Part shown: positions 38,446 to 52,789 of the stretch, in pieces
Numbering within the stretch: position 1 is the first letter of the stretch
Layout of the letters: each line of letters begins with the position of its first letter
NCBI RefSeq assembly: GCF_018350175.1
Contig: NC_058368.1
Coordinates: 124,188,001 to 124,252,000 of the forward strand
Direction of reading: 5' to 3'
Source: Felis catus
Lineage: Eukaryota
Length of the DNA: 64,000 nucleotides
Notes under the pieces: generated by a model
Databases searched by the model: none
Told to the model about the DNA's origin: nothing
The model's input: only the letters and a program-made list of their open reading frames with translations
Made by a program: the position numbers and the translations under genes

Positions 38446-41400
38446 TGAAACCCTCAAATCCATCATGCACAATGCTGAAAATGTGACCATCTCTTTCAAA
38501 GCCTTTTTATCACCAAGCCACTTTTGTGTGTCTTAAAAGTCTTCCATTTCCTGACCTCTCCTTACTTCTCCAGCCTTATCTTTAATATAACCTCCAACAC
38601 CAGGCTGTCACATTACCAATTTGCTAATGGTTCCTGGGCCAACTTCCAATACAGTTTTCTACTTCCATGCCAAGAAAAGACAGCGTATGCTGTTCCCTTG
38701 CCCTATCATTGCCTGCTTCATTTTCTTTGCCTAACTTGATTACCATCTTTCAATATTCATCCTAGGAGTTACTGCCTCCTCCCAGAAATATATCTGACTT
38801 TTCCCTGCTCTAGGCCATGAGAAACTTACAACAAAGAATGCAAATGACTCCAGATGATCTCTTCTACTTCCTTTTCTCCAGTGTTAGGCTAACTCCTGGG
38901 TCAGCAGGAAAGGGCTTCTGTCCTTAGTCTTGACATGGCCTGGCATCTGTTGAGATGACCAATAGACCCATGTGGTTCTTGGGTGCTACATTAGGTACCT
39001 GTGGAGATAATTTTGACACACCTGGACTCATGATGTGCACGTCGTATGCCACTTTCCACTTTTGTGATGCACTGTTATGGCTATTGGACCCCTTGGGCCC
39101 TTTGTCAGCTAAATGTTGTGCCCTTATTGAGAGTCTAGGAGCAATTTAGCTCTTCATCTGTGCCTCTCTGGGGCTGCTAGAGATTCAGAGGGGCTGCCTT
39201 AAGCTTTCCCTATCCATGGCACTCTATGTGACCATTTTTACCTTACTATGTCACAACATTGTGTGCTAGGAAACACCGTTAGGCTGTTGCCTCCCAGGAT
39301 TTTACATGGTAACAGATCCCCAACATCATCATGAGCCTCCATCATCTTTCCCCACCATAGAGCTAACCTCAAGGTAAAGGGCATGGTAAAAGAGCCTTTC
39401 TTATAACTCTAATACCTCTATTTCTCTTGCTTACACTCATTTCTCTACTTTTGTTCTCCCCAACTTGGGAAGTCTTTATCGGCCTGGAAGTGGGTGTGGG
39501 TGGGAGGTTGATGCTAAATGTTTGTTATCACAGCAGAAAGGAGAATTAAAACTGGGCAGCAAACCCTCTTCCCAAACCCTTCTGTCTTATACTGGACCAA
39601 GGCTTTTGAATTTGAAAGCCAAGAGTTTGACACCTTTATTCTCTATTAATGCTGTGATGAGTTTTCTAAAGCAATGGGGAGAGTTAGTAAATGGGGAGTA
39701 CAAAGAGAAAAAACATAATCTGGAATGAATTTTACTAAAATTTCTTGACATATCAGAAGAAAATTTTTAGCTCTTCCAAGTCTATGCTCCCTCTTCTCAC
39801 ATCTGCCATGACAGTCATAGGTAAGACACCCCAAATTAGAATACAGCATATCTGCTGTCCTTAATGTGATTTTTGCTGTGTAGGGAATGAGATGAGGAGT
39901 GAGATCAACCATATGAAAACTTGCTTTCAAGTACCCAGGGCCAGAGCTTAAAATGAGGCATTTTCCCAAGGGTTGACTGACTTGGGAACTGAGCCTCAAA
40001 GGTCACGTAGAAAATTTCCAGGGACATTCAAGGCAGCTCACACTCTTGATTGTGGTAAATAAATGGAAAAACTAAAAAAAAACCGCCTGGAACTGAACTT
40101 TTTGTGTCCAGCTCTGATTCTGTCTATGGAGCTCTGTGAAAGAGGACCGCCAATGCCCCAATGTGCCATCACACATCTCCCTTCCCTGGCTCTTTCTGCA
40201 TACCTTCCTTTCTCCCCTTTTACCTCTTAACATCATTATCATGGATGTTTTTTCACACACCACCTTTTTCTGCACGCATGAAGGCAGAGCAAGAAATGAA
40301 AGAATGGACAATACATCCCATGTGTTTATCTGTAATGATAGGAGGAGGGAGAAGGGAAACCCAGTATATCTTTAAACCTCTAGCACCTAGCCACTCATGG
40401 ACTAACTGATCCAACCTTATATCCACAAAATGATTCTAAACCATTTAAACTGTGATTTTGATTTTAAAAAGAAGAGAAAGTTATTTTTTCCAAGTAGGAA
40501 TAAGTTATACTGTTTTCTCTAACTGATCAGAGACAAATTTTCAATGCCTGAATAACTAGTCATCTTAACTACCCTTTGAGTGCCAGCCAACTGACTCTAC
40601 TAGGCACTTAATATCCCAAATAATCTTTCCAATGTGGAAGGTGTTCTCATGCACATTTTACATAAGGGGAAGCAAAAGCTCTGAAAATTTAAATAACTAT
40701 CCAAGGCCACACAGCTAAAAATTTGTTTGTGGGGACTGGAACCCAAGTCTTCAGTGATCTCAAAATCATGCTCTGTCATGATGCCACCTTGTCACCTCAC
40801 CACATATTTCACAAATACCTTCTAGTGATTTTCATTATTTCGAGCTTGTCAAAAATGTAATGGGATAGAGACATTTGGAAGAAAAATCTTTTCTATCCCC
40901 AATGCTCTGCCATGCAGCTTCCTTTGGGGATCACTTTGTGTGGAAATCAAAGTGATAACAAACACTTAGTGTTTACCATGTGCTGGACATTTTTCTAAGT
41001 GCTTTATATCTTAATTATCAATCCTCATAAAAATTCCATGCAGTAAGTATTATTATACACCTTTTAAAGATGGAAAAACTGAGTCCAGAGTGGTAAAGCT
41101 ACTATCCCAAGGTCTCATTGCTATTAAATACAGACTCTGGGATTTGAATCCAGAGACTGTGTTCTTAAACACAATGGGAATGGCTATTCATAAATTACAG
41201 AGTGAAAAATGACTTTCATAATTTAAAATACAGTATCAATTTCTGTATCAGTTACAGGGCTCCTTACACTGCAAGTGACAAAATAACCCAATACCACTTC
41301 TGACAAGTCCAGAGGCTCTAGGCAAGCTTTGATCCAATGGCTCAAATGATGTCACAAAGGACCTGGCTTCTATCTCTTTACTTGGATTGGACAGTATGTC

Positions 41401-43425
41401 TGGAGCCTTGGACTCTACTCTGTGGTCACCTGAGTCATTACCATGCTTTCACTCTATGATGACAAGTGACTGTAGCAGTTTGAAACTTAGCATCATACAC
41501 CATTTCAATAGAAGAGTGAAAGCTTCCTTTCCACCAAAGTCTAGTAGTAAACATTTCCTCATGTCTCATTGGCTCTAATTAGGCTACATGTCCATGCACA
41601 GATTATGGCAGGGGAATGAGATAAGATGATTAGCTTTAGTGCACTGGGTTCCACATCTGTAGCTTCACCCAGGACACTTGTCTGAGAATGAGGGGAGGGT
41701 GGTTCACCAAAGCAAATATAGGGGATTATTTTCTGAAGGGAGAATGTTGACTGGGCAGGATAGAGCAGTAGTCCTGAGTACTTCCAGCCTAGAAGTGTCA
41801 ATATTTTGGTGTATTTTTTTCAAATCTTATTTTCTAAGCATTTTTTTTTTACTTGTATATGCCCTTGGTTTTGTTTCTTATGGCCTAAGCAATTTTCCAT
41901 GTTGTTAAAAGCTCATTTTATTGACTATACTCCTAATGCTTTTATTAGCTCAATGAAATCTTCCAGTAGATTTCACAGATACACATCTTGACAGTAGACA
42001 TAGCTAGAGGGTATGGGACTTCAAATTAGCCTGGGTCTGGTCTTGGAAGGGAGCATATAACATACTGCTCCATAACTCTTGCCTCTCCTACAGCCACACC
42101 TCAAGCTCCTCTTGGCATGGTTTCTGGGATATGGCTTATAAGGGAGAGGAAGAGGGGAAGGGAGGCTCGAACTTCCTAGAAGCCTCTGGCCCACTTGGCC
42201 TTTTCCTCATATTCTCTATGAGAAAAATTTTAGACAACAACACATACTCCATCATGACCTGAGAAACTTGCTACGTAGGGCAAAAAGACCAAACAGTGGG
42301 GAAAAAACTGATTAGAAGTATGACAGATCCTGGGTAGAAAGAGTTACCATTGCATGACTCTGAAAACCCTCAGCATGGCCTTGGCCCTGTCTCTGAAAGT
42401 ATACAGTATTGCCTCTGTACAAGGTGTTTTTCATTTTGGTTGGAATTTTCACTTGTAAGACGGCCAATTTCTTTAGAATTTGGCCAGAATATTTAGATCC
42501 CGAATTTGTGGATCTAAACTCATTTGTGCTTATTCTAAGTAGAACAGTCAGGTTGAACTTGTGGATCAACAGTCCACATTGTGCCAAACAAAATATTTTC
42601 TTCTTTGAGACAAGTAATGAGTTCCAATATTCTTGAGCCTTTCTCACATAAGGAAATGGGTCACATCATTAAAGCTGCCTTAAAGGAAAATCTATGATAG
42701 CATTTGTAAAACTAACATTCTAGAAGAAAAGGAACACCACCAATATAGAGACTTATTAGTTGCTGTTTCGTGCCTTCTGATGACTTCACGTTTTGTGTTA
42801 GTCTCTCAGCGAAGTTCCCAGGTGTCACATTATGTATAAGGGTGCAAAGCACTGTTCATGGGGTAGGGCGCTGCTGGTTCAGGTTTCTGTTCTGCCAGGC
42901 CTTGGTGGGAGCAACCAGTTAGGCAAATTGAGGCAGGCACAACACCTTTTACAAACTGCACAATTGGTCATGGTTTACTGTGTAAGATGATGGGTTGGAG
43001 AGGAATCATAAGGTGAGGGGACAGAAGACCACATGGTTCTGCCACTTACTAGCTCTATAACCTTAGGCAGGTTACTTGTCTCATCTGAACCTCCATTTCC
43101 TTATCTGTAAAATAGGAATATAGCCTATTTCAGCAAGTCATTATGAAATCAAAATTATATATATATATGTATAGTATATTACATATATGTATATTATATT
43201 ATATCATATATGTATAGTATATTATATATATAGTAATTATATATATAGTTGCTTTATGTGCAAAAATATTTATAAATGTAAAGGTATGTTATTATTGCTT
43301 TATGATTATTATTACTATGATTATTACATGGAAAGACTTACATGCTGACTAGTAAACTGTGATAGTTTAGTAGCAGTCTATAGTTTAGGGTCTCAAAATA
43401 ACAAAAACATAAATGTCAGATCTTT

Positions 43426-43426
43426 A

Positions 43427-43465
<39 letters not shown>
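43426..43465. repeat. (CA)n microsatellite
   Basis: Directly visible. Confidence 0.93.
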
Positions 43466-43466
<1 letters not shown>

Positions 43467-44425
43467 AATTTGTTTAGTAGATAACCCCTTGGTGAAGATG
43501 AGGTAGATTTTTTTCATTTTTCTAATTCTTGCTACCCATTTGCCCAGTAGTCAAGGTAGGATTTGTTCTAGATTCCAGAGTCACAGCTTTAAAGAATTGG
43601 TAGAGACTCCAGAAAATTGACTATATGTCCAAACTTCTTTGCAGATGAGGAAATTGGGACCTGCCAATGAGTTCCAATTAGTCCTTGGTTCAAACAAATA
43701 GTTCATGGCAGAATTGGGATGGCATCAGGCTTTTCCACTGTCTCAAGTAAAGGTGATACAGCACTTAGTGACTTGGAACAACCTGGATCTGATGTTAAAA
43801 CCCAGTGATCTCCTCATACGGAGATGCAGAATCTTTCCTCTACAAATAATTGAGGCTCTTGAGTAACTAGTTGAACCCCTGGGAGGCCAGAGAGGGACTA
43901 TTCAGGCTGAGAATCACCAATGGATTTTTGTCATTTTGCTATTTTCATTAAATTGTATTATCTATAAGGATACTGTTTAGAAAACACGGCCATGGCATAA
44001 TTCTTAATTGCTTAAAAAAAGAACTCATACCTACCATTTATTAATCGTCCATTATGTGCCAGATATTCTATTTAAATTGGATAACTTAATCCTCCCACCA
44101 ACTTGGAAAGTTGGTACTACTCTACGATTTTACAGATGACACCTAACTTCAGAGAGGCTAGGGAAGTTACCTAAGGTCACAGAACTGGTAAATGTCAGAG
44201 GCAGGATTCTAAGCTAGGTCTGTAAGATCGTGAAGCCCAGGCTCTTCATACTCTTTATACTTACAGTAGTGGGTATGGATGGCTCAGAGACTAAGACTGG
44301 TTGTTCCAATGGTGGCAGTATCTTCAGTTCCTAGCCAGTCTGAGAATAAGACTTCTGCACAAAATTAGCTGCCCCAAACCAGAAATGCTTGCTTAACATG
44401 ATTCACACTAAGATTCTCTGTTTCA

Positions 44426-44647
44426 GGGGTGCCTGGGTGGCTCAGTCAGTTAACCATCTGACTCTTGATATCAACTCAGGTCATGATCTCATGGTTCATG
44501 AGATCAAGCTTCCCGCTCTCCCACATTGGGCTCTGTGCTGGCAGCATGGGGCCTGCTTGGGATTCTCTCTCTCCTGCTCTCTCCCTGCCTTTCTACTCGC
44601 GTGTGCATGCACATTCTGTCAAAATAAATAAATCAATGTTAAAAAAA
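44426..44647 (+). mobile_element. CanSINE
   Basis: GGGGTGCCTGGGTGGCTCAGTC head, AATAAA tail. Confidence 0.88.
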
Positions 44648-45679
44648 GTTACTATTTCACACAAGTGCTTAGAATCCTTCCCTTTGGCAGTGAATTCCCA
44701 CTATTTTGACCCCAGGTCTCCAGATCTTTTCATTCGATTTTGTCCTCTTTTTGCAATTTCCATAAACACTTCAGGTTCCTTCCCTGAATGTTGAAAGGAA
44801 GGAAGAGGATCATGATATATGGACAAATATGGGAACTTTGGTTTGAATTAGCATAAGAGGTAGAGATTTGGGCAAACACTCAAGTGACATAGGATTTGGT
44901 TACTGCTTAGGGTTCAGGCATGACAGTAAATACTTTCTGCATAACTAACAGAAAACAGACCTTTCCTCTCTTTTTCCTGGGAACCATACACATACTTGAA
45001 CATGAAGCAAAGGATCCTGAAAAAAGAGGTGAAGAAGTTTTTCACCATTTGACACTTTGGCTGAAATAAACTTACATGTAGAACATACAAATTATGCTTT
45101 TCTTTGGAAAACATTTTTCCATGAGCTGGGCATAGGGGCCATGAAGAGGGAGGGCAGATGACTAAGATGGAGTCAGAACATCTTTCAGTCCTGGCTCTGT
45201 AACTTCTGACTGTGCAGCCTTTGGCAAGTCACATAATCAATCACTCTGATTCCTATTGGGTGAAATGGGGCTTATAGGGGTTACCCTTGGTTACAGCACA
45301 AGCAAGGTATGAGGGCCAAATGAGACAAAAGATGGGACAGGGCTTTCTAAACTGTAAAGGTGCTGGGCAAATGCAAGGAGTTAATATCAACCACAAAACT
45401 TCCCTGCTTCCCTGAGGGCGGTGGCTAGGGAAGGTGGGGTGAAAAAAGTGTTGTGCTAAGGAGGACATTTTCCATTCATATGCTAAACCACAGCTGCTGG
45501 GCAGGCAGAAAGCCAGGGCAAAGCCTGCTCTCTAGAGCTGCACTTGAGATTCTAATTTCCTCCCTTCTCTCTTCATTCACTGACCTGTCTATGAATAGGC
45601 AAGTATCAGGCCCTCCTCCTCCCACATCCACAGGAAGGAAGGAAACCAGCCCTGAGCCACAGAGAGGTTGAGTCACTAA

Positions 45680-45935
45680 CAATCACTACTATTTACTGAG
45701 TGTTTACTATGTTCCAGGCATGATGCTGAGTGTTTTACATACATGATCTTATTTATTTCTCCTATAAGAAAATGACACATGATTAGTATCCCCATTTTAC
45801 AGATGAGGACACTGGGAGTCAGAGAAGTCAAATAACATGCTCAAGATTGTAAGGAGACGGAACACTCCATCAAGGATCAAATCCAGGTGGTCTGATTCTA
45901 AAACCCACATCCTCTAACCCTAAGCTATGCTGCCT
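45680..45935 (-). mobile_element. MIR
   Basis: ATCCCCATTTTACAGATGAGGACACTG. Confidence 0.8.
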
Positions 45936-47082
45936 TCTTAGGAGCCAGAGTAATCTCTGGCTCACATCCATCCTCATTCAGCTTCCTGCCACCAACATAA
46001 CTCCATTGGTGGTATCCAGGTTTTGAAGAGAGTAAACATGGAGAGGGGTACTAATGATGGTCTGGCAACTCCGTTCCCTACTTATTGCATAGACCCAGTT
46101 CAGTGCTGTGAAGTCCTGTTCTGTGCAGGGGGCCAAGCTTTGACCTGTTAGCCTGTCTCTTTTTGCTCCTGGAGTTTCTGGCTCATAGATGCCAAAAAGG
46201 TGTCTAACTCTAGTTTTGGACCAAGGGAGGATTAGAGTTGTAATTAAGGCAGGGTTTGACATCGGGGTCATAGCTGAGGAACACCTGTGACCTGGGGATG
46301 GGGGCCGTTGCTAACAGCGGCAGCAAGTGGTGCCACACCAAATCCCTCACCTCCGTGATCTACCACATCTACAACAAGATCCCTAATCTCCATCTACAGC
46401 AAATATTTCCTGAGCATCTTAGAGTGCCACACCCAGTGCCAATGCCAGGCGCCAGGTACTTGTATGTGTACTTGTACCCTCAGGAGACAAAGCAGTAGGA
46501 GGCACTGAACCACTGAAAACAGATCAGTGGTTCAGAAAGCAAGGGAAACTGAATTCTGACAAAGAGACAAGTTGGGGTAGAGCAGTCAGAACGGCCTTTA
46601 TGAGGGAAGGAGAGAAATGGACTGACAGAGGGGTGAGATCCGACTATGAGAAAAGGGGTGGGGAGGGAAGGGAGAAAAGTGAGAGAAGATGCAGAAGATA
46701 ATAGTGCAAAGGTAGGTTCAAGACAAGTGGGAATGGGTGCTGGTGTGGAAGGATGCTTTCAGCTGGTTGAAACAGAAATGGCTTCAACAAATGGATCCTT
46801 TCACATAGTGCAGAGGTTGGATGGACTTCTGCAGAGGTTTGGCTGATCCAGCAGCCAAACAGTGCTAGTGTCTTTCAAGTGAACTCTGTCTATAGTTCAC
46901 AGAGTCATTTGTCTTCAGTAAGGCAATATATTCCCTTGTTCAACAAGAGAGAGATTGATTTATCTTTCCCAGAAATTCCCAGCTAGCCTCATTTTATATT
47001 TCATTGGCTCAAACTGCCTTTAGGTCTGCCTGATCCTAAACCCATCACTGATGAAGGAAATGAATATTATGATTGGCTTACA

Positions 47083-47278
47083 GCAGTGGATCTCAAACTT
47101 TAACCTTCCTTGGAATCAACTGGAAGCCTTCTAAAAAACACATATTGCTGCCCAGCCTACTTTAGAGTTTCTGATGCCATAGGTCTGGGGCCAGAATTTG
47201 CAATTCTAACAAGCTGCCAATTAGAATTTGCAATTCTAACAAGTACTGCTGGTCTGGGACCACACTTTGAGGACTACT
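47083..47278. mobile_element. MER5A-like hAT MITE
   Basis: CAGTGGATCTCAAACTT start, GGACCACACTTTGAG end, internal duplication of AGAATTTGCAATTCTAACAAG. Confidence 0.75.
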
Positions 47279-47601
47279 ATCTTAGAATAGTCATTTGGGG
47301 TGGAATAGAGGTTGGGGCATCAACCACAATGTTTCTGTGATATGGCCACCAAATATCCTGGTTTGCATGGCACAGTTTCTGCTTATGTCTGTTAAGCCAG
47401 TGTAATTATGTCCCCTTTCACTTTCAAAAGTGATCATTTTCACATATAAATCACATGATTGCCTTACTGTAGGGAGCTATGAGTTCAAGTTCAAATCAAA
47501 GACCCTTATTTACAAGTCAGCACAGGCTGATGGACTGGGATTCATCAATAAAATGTGTTCCAATTTGAAGATCTCTTCTTTGCCCTGTGTCCAATGATGT
47601 A

Positions 47602-47633
47602 AGAGAGACAGAGAGAGAGAGAGACAGAGAGAC

Positions 47634-47668
<35 letters not shown>
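47602..47668. repeat. (GA)n/(GACA) microsatellite
   Basis: Directly visible. Confidence 0.93.
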
Positions 47669-47672
<4 letters not shown>

Positions 47673-48824
47673 CCATCATTATGAACTATATTTTATGCTT
47701 TTGGATCCTGACTGATCTGTGTTGGAAGCTTTGCTCTTAATTTGTATGGAAACTATTCTCTACTCATCATAAATACAGCTGCTGATATCCTTTTTGCTGA
47801 ACATTTTTAACAGTGTAACTCATTTTACTTAATAGTAAGGCATCAACAGAAACTAACTCATTTTGTCTTATGTTAATATAATTTTTAGGGAAATATGAAA
47901 CATATTTTATATGAAGCTAAACTATCGTATTTTTAAAACTTTGACCATAATGCAGCTCACAGTAAAACAGAGTTCAGAATTAATAAATACTGTTGGTTGC
48001 CAAGTATTTTGGTTCATCCAGAACTAAAGTTTTTTACTGAAAATTTACTACATCTGGCAGTCATACCAGGAGGCCATGTAATTTCTGGAATAAAAGTAGT
48101 GAAAGAATATTCCTATTTTTCTTTCTTAATCTAGTTTCTCTCTCTTGGCTTTTTCTACCTAGAGGTTATCAAACACTAGGTATGGAATGATATTACATAT
48201 TAGACACCTCCAATCTTATTCATGGAATCCAGTGTGGCCTCTTCGAGTTCTTAAGAAACTGATAACACACAGTGTTTGGGATGCAGTTTAAGAATTTACT
48301 TAAACCACTTCCTCCCAAGCCCACACAAAGTCATAAACCCAAGCAAATCCAGATGAGAATCATAGACATATCATTGCTCTCTGCAAAACCAAGAATTGTG
48401 AAATTTTACTTAATCCAAAATTGTTTGAATTCTGTTGTTTTAAGCCTTTTACTAAACTTTACTTATGCCAAAATAACCACATATGGTTTTAATCCTTCGA
48501 GAGGACAGTTTTGGGTGAATCTGGTGGAAAAGCAACATTTAAAAAGTTTAAATATGGTAGAATCTTTGAGTTGCTGAGACCCTAGCAGTCTTCTGTTCTA
48601 AACTTCCATTCACTATAGTAATCTCCTCCCCAACATCACTCAGAGAATGGTCCTTTTAACTGAATTGTGACTTCCAGGGATAGAAAGGCCACAGCTTCAG
48701 GGGGTGGGCAATTGGTTTCATGGTTGAACAGCTTCAGCTAGAAAGTTTTCTCACAATGGGTTACAGCATACCTCCCAAAGTATTTCCTTTAGAGGGCTAC
48801 AGACTGTTCTGTGGACTAAACTGT

Positions 48825-49192
48825 GTCCTCCCAAAATTTGTATGTTAGAGCCCTAACCCCCAAAGTGATTGTATTTGGAGACAGGGATTTTAGGAGGTAA
48901 TTAAGATTAAATGATGTGATGTGGGTGGGGTCCTAATCTGATAGGGTTGGTGTCCTTATAAGAAAAGGGAGAGAAAGAGCTCTCTCCATTCCAAGCAGTG
49001 AGAAAAAAAGGCCACGTGAGCACACAGTGAGCATATGGTCATCTGCAAGCCAGAGAGAGAACTCTCCCCAGAAACCAAATAGGCTGGCACCTTCATGTTG
49101 GCCTCCTAGCCCCTGGAACCATGAGACATAAATTCCTGTTAATTAAACCACCTCATCTGTGGCATTTTCTAGAAGCCTGAGCTAAGACTATG
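48825..49192 (+). mobile_element. MaLR (MLT1-type) solo LTR
   Basis: GGACTAAACTGTGTCC...CCCTAACCCCCAA...GTGTCCTTATAAGA...GAGCTAAGAC. Confidence 0.82.
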
Positions 49193-49290
49193 TGTACTGC
49201 CTTTTCTATACCAGAGCTCTCAGCTATCATGCCCATTTAACACTTAACAGTCTTTAAAAAGAAAATTCATGTGAGTTCCAATTTTCTTTT

Positions 49291-49515
49291 TTTTTTTTAA
49301 TTTTTTTTTCAACGTTTTTTATTTATTTTTGGGACAGAGAGAGACAGAGCATGAACGGGGGAGGGGCAGAGAGGGAGGGAGACACAGAATCGGAAACAGG
49401 CTCCAGGCTCCGAGCCATCAGCCCAGAGCCTGACGCGGGGCTCGAACTCACGGACCGCGAGATCGTGACCTGGCTGAAGTCGGATGCTTAACCGACTGCG
49501 CCACCCAGGCGCCCC
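49291..49515 (-). mobile_element. Young felid CanSINE with TSD CCAATTTTCTTT
   Basis: CpG-intact, close to the copy at 17533. TSD at 49279-49290 and 49516-49527. Confidence 0.95.
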
Positions 49516-50505
49516 CCAATTTTCTTTACCTGATAAAATTTCCAGATTGCGTCTAGACTGCCCATTTTGAGATCACTCCAGCTTGTGTCTGTCTTGTCAA
49601 AATAATGTTGTCTAGAATGGAACATAGAGTATTCTACATTCATTCTGCCCAAGTAGTATACACTGAAACATTATTTTCTATGAGCTAGATTCCATAGGTT
49701 CTTATGGGCTGTATATAATATAATGTTGGTTTTGGTTTTTCAGAAACACATCATATGCCAGTTTAACTTGAGGTCACCTAAAATTGCATTTTTTTTTTTC
49801 TTTTTAGATGAGCTTCTTTCTGGGCCCTGTAATCGAGGAGGCTCTTAGTTTACCGAGTATGAGATCATACAGAAAAATGTAGAACATTAAGGAAAACTGA
49901 TATTTCACTATACAAATGTGAACTCCAAGGACTGGTTCATTGACGGAATGTAAAGTCAGTTATACACTAAGTTGGCAGGTGCTAAATGCTGTGAAAAACA
50001 TGAAAAAGTAGCACTTGGTAGGGGGTGTTGGGCCTACATTCTTCTGGTATCCACAGAGGAGGAATCACTGGATCTCATCAACATGGTTGTTGCTTTTTCA
50101 GTTTCTGCTGCCTCAGTTCTAGATATGTGACCCTGACCATACACCCAAGCCATGAGTAAATTGATTAACTTGAAAATTTATTACATATTTTACATATTTA
50201 ATATCTCTAATGTAGAGTTGTTGGAGACTATGGTAATTAATTCAGCTTAGGAAGTATTCACCGAGTTAGAATTTAGAATACTAGCCTGTGATTTTATTTA
50301 TTAGTGGTATATATGATTTTGAAAGTGCCTTCATTTAATCAACTGATTAATCACCCATCATCTCGTCAACAAATTTTTATTGACTGCTTGTTATGCAGAA
50401 GTGTGGGTCATATGTACATATATTAAAATGAGTGTTACAGAATTACTAGTTCTAGAATTCCTGGGTGTTTATAAAGTTTGAATGAGACACCTAGAAATAT
50501 TATTA

Positions 50506-50508
50506 AAT

Positions 50509-50548
<40 letters not shown>

Positions 50549-50746
50549 TGTTTATTTTTGAGAGAGAGAGAGAAAGACAGAACACTAGCAGGGGAGGGGC
50601 AGAGAGAGAGGGAGACACAGAATCTGAAGCAGGCTCCAGGCTCTGAGCTGTCAGCACAGAGCTGATGCAGGGCTTGAACTCACAACCTGTGAGATCATGA
50701 CCTGAGCCAAAGTTGGACACAAATGACTGAGCCACCCATGCGCTCC
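50506..50746 (-). mobile_element. CanSINE with (TTTA)n tail
   Basis: Typical body, flanked by AGAAATATTA repeats. Confidence 0.9.
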
Positions 50747-51651
50747 AGAAATATTAAATTTAAAAAGGCAGTATTTTCTAATCAAAAGAATATAACTGTG
50801 GTATGAACATTTTTCTTTTCTTGCTTTATGATTATGTAAGAACATGTTAGTTGATTTTATAATACCTCTCTAGTAGATAAATTAGCATGTTTTCCTAACT
50901 GTATATGTGGGGAAACTTGAGATTCCAGGAAGATAGATGGCTTACCCTTAGTCACTTAGGGAGTTAGGGAGTGTTAACATTGGAACGGAAACCTTAGATT
51001 TGAGTGTCATTGTCTAGCAACATCTAATCTTGATCCAATTAGTGTAAGAGGTTGCACACCTTTGGCTCCAGACCTCTCTGTGATCCAGGGGGCCTTAACT
51101 GTAATAACTCACTCAGACCTTGCTTATTTTGGGGGTCCACATCCTTGGTGTCAAAAGGCCTCAGGTCTGAGAAGTTCTCAGGGTGCTATAGGCTATCTGT
51201 CTCAGCCAGTAGGGTTCAGGCCTCCTTCTGGTCCAGGTATCAGCAAGCACAGAAGAAGGTATGTGGGTAAAAGTTGGGGCAGGGGAAGAGGCCAAAAGAA
51301 GGAATCAACCATGTTTATTTCAGCTCCTTTATCTTACTGCAGCTCCCGACTTTCTATGTAGCCTTGTCCCATGCAGTTAGAGGTGGGAGAAAAAAGAAAA
51401 ATGATAATCACAAAAGAATTCTAGATATGTTGACCCTGACCATTTCGCTTTTGGGAATGCCATGTCCAGGCTTTAACTTTAGGACATTTTTATCTGGGGA
51501 TTTTCAGCCTAGTTACAAAATGGGCAGAAGGAGTATTACTCCATGGAAATTTATCATAAATATGTGAGGGAAGGGTGTGGAAACATGATTTTCTGCCTCT
51601 TACCCCTGCCCCCCACCCCACATCCACCCCCGCAAAAGGATCTCATGCAGG

Positions 51652-52262
51652 CAGTTTCTTAAACCTGGCTACATGTTAAAATTACTTGTGGAATTAAAAA
51701 AAAATTACCCAGCCCTGGGTCCCACCTCCAGGCACTCTGAGGTCTTCGGTCTGAGGTACAATCTTGATATATTTTTTTAAAGCTCTACGTGTTTTGTCTT
51801 TTTAAAAAAGTTTGAGATAGAGAGAATGTGAGCAGGGGAGGAGCAAAGAGAGAGGGGTAGGGAGAGAATCCAAGAAAGCTCCATGATCTCAAGAAACCAA
51901 ACCACGAGATCATGACCTGAACAGAGATCAAGAGTTGGATGCTTAACCGACTGAGCCACCCAGGCACTCCTTAAATCTCCATGTGCTTTAATTCTTTTAT
52001 TTTTAAAAATTATTTGTTTTTAATGCTTATTTATTTTTTTGAGAGAGAGAGAGAGAAAGAGCATGAGTGGGGCAGGGGCAGAGAGAGAGGGAGACGAAAT
52101 CTGAAGCAGGCTCCAGCTCCAAACTGTCAGTACAGAGCCTGACATGGGTCTCAAACCCACAAACTGTGAGATCATGACCTGTGCCAAAGTCGGACACTTA
52201 ACCAACTGAGCCACCCAGGCATTCCTCCATGTGCTTTTAATATGCAGCTAGGATCACTGCCT
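51652..52262. mobile_element. MER5-like element interrupted by two minus-strand CanSINEs (~51800-51970, ~52010-52226)
   Basis: CAGTTTCTTAAACCTGGCT start. CTCCATGTGCTTT repeated around the second SINE. Confidence 0.7.
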
Positions 52263-52354
52263 GGTGATCCCCTGTAACTGACAGGAGAGGGTCCCATCCC
52301 CAGCATCTTGCCACCTAGAGTGTTAATGTGGAGAAGAAAGCATGAGCGCGATCC

Positions 52355-52533
52355 AGCCAGTCATGCTCAAAGTGTTTCACACACCACCAGCATCAGCATC
52401 ACCTGGGAACTTCTTAGAAATTTAAATTCTCAGGCTGCACTCCAGACATATTCTCAAGGGTATAGTCGACAAATCTATGTTTTAAAAGGCCATCCAGGTG
52501 ATTCTGACACATAGTAAAATTTGTGATCCATTG
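52355..52533. mobile_element. MER5A-like hAT MITE
   Basis: CTCAAAGTGT...CAGCATCACCTGGGAACT...CCAGGTGATTCTGA. Confidence 0.75.
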
Positions 52534-52727
52534 TCCTAACTTAACCTAGAGCATTCTGAACTTGTAACTTGAATATAACCAAGTTAAATACTTGTCCTTT
52601 ATGATAAAGAGAAAATTCTAGTTATAAACATGAGCATAGATAGGGCTTTGTTTAGCTAAAGATATTAAGTGTAGCACAGAAATGTCAGACATTAACTAGG
52701 GAGGACTCTGGGTATAAGGGCAGAGGT

Positions 52728-52779
<52 letters not shown>

Positions 52780-52789
52780 TACACACACA
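52728..52789. repeat. (TG)n(TA)n(CA)n compound microsatellite
   Basis: Directly visible, self-complementary. Confidence 0.93.
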
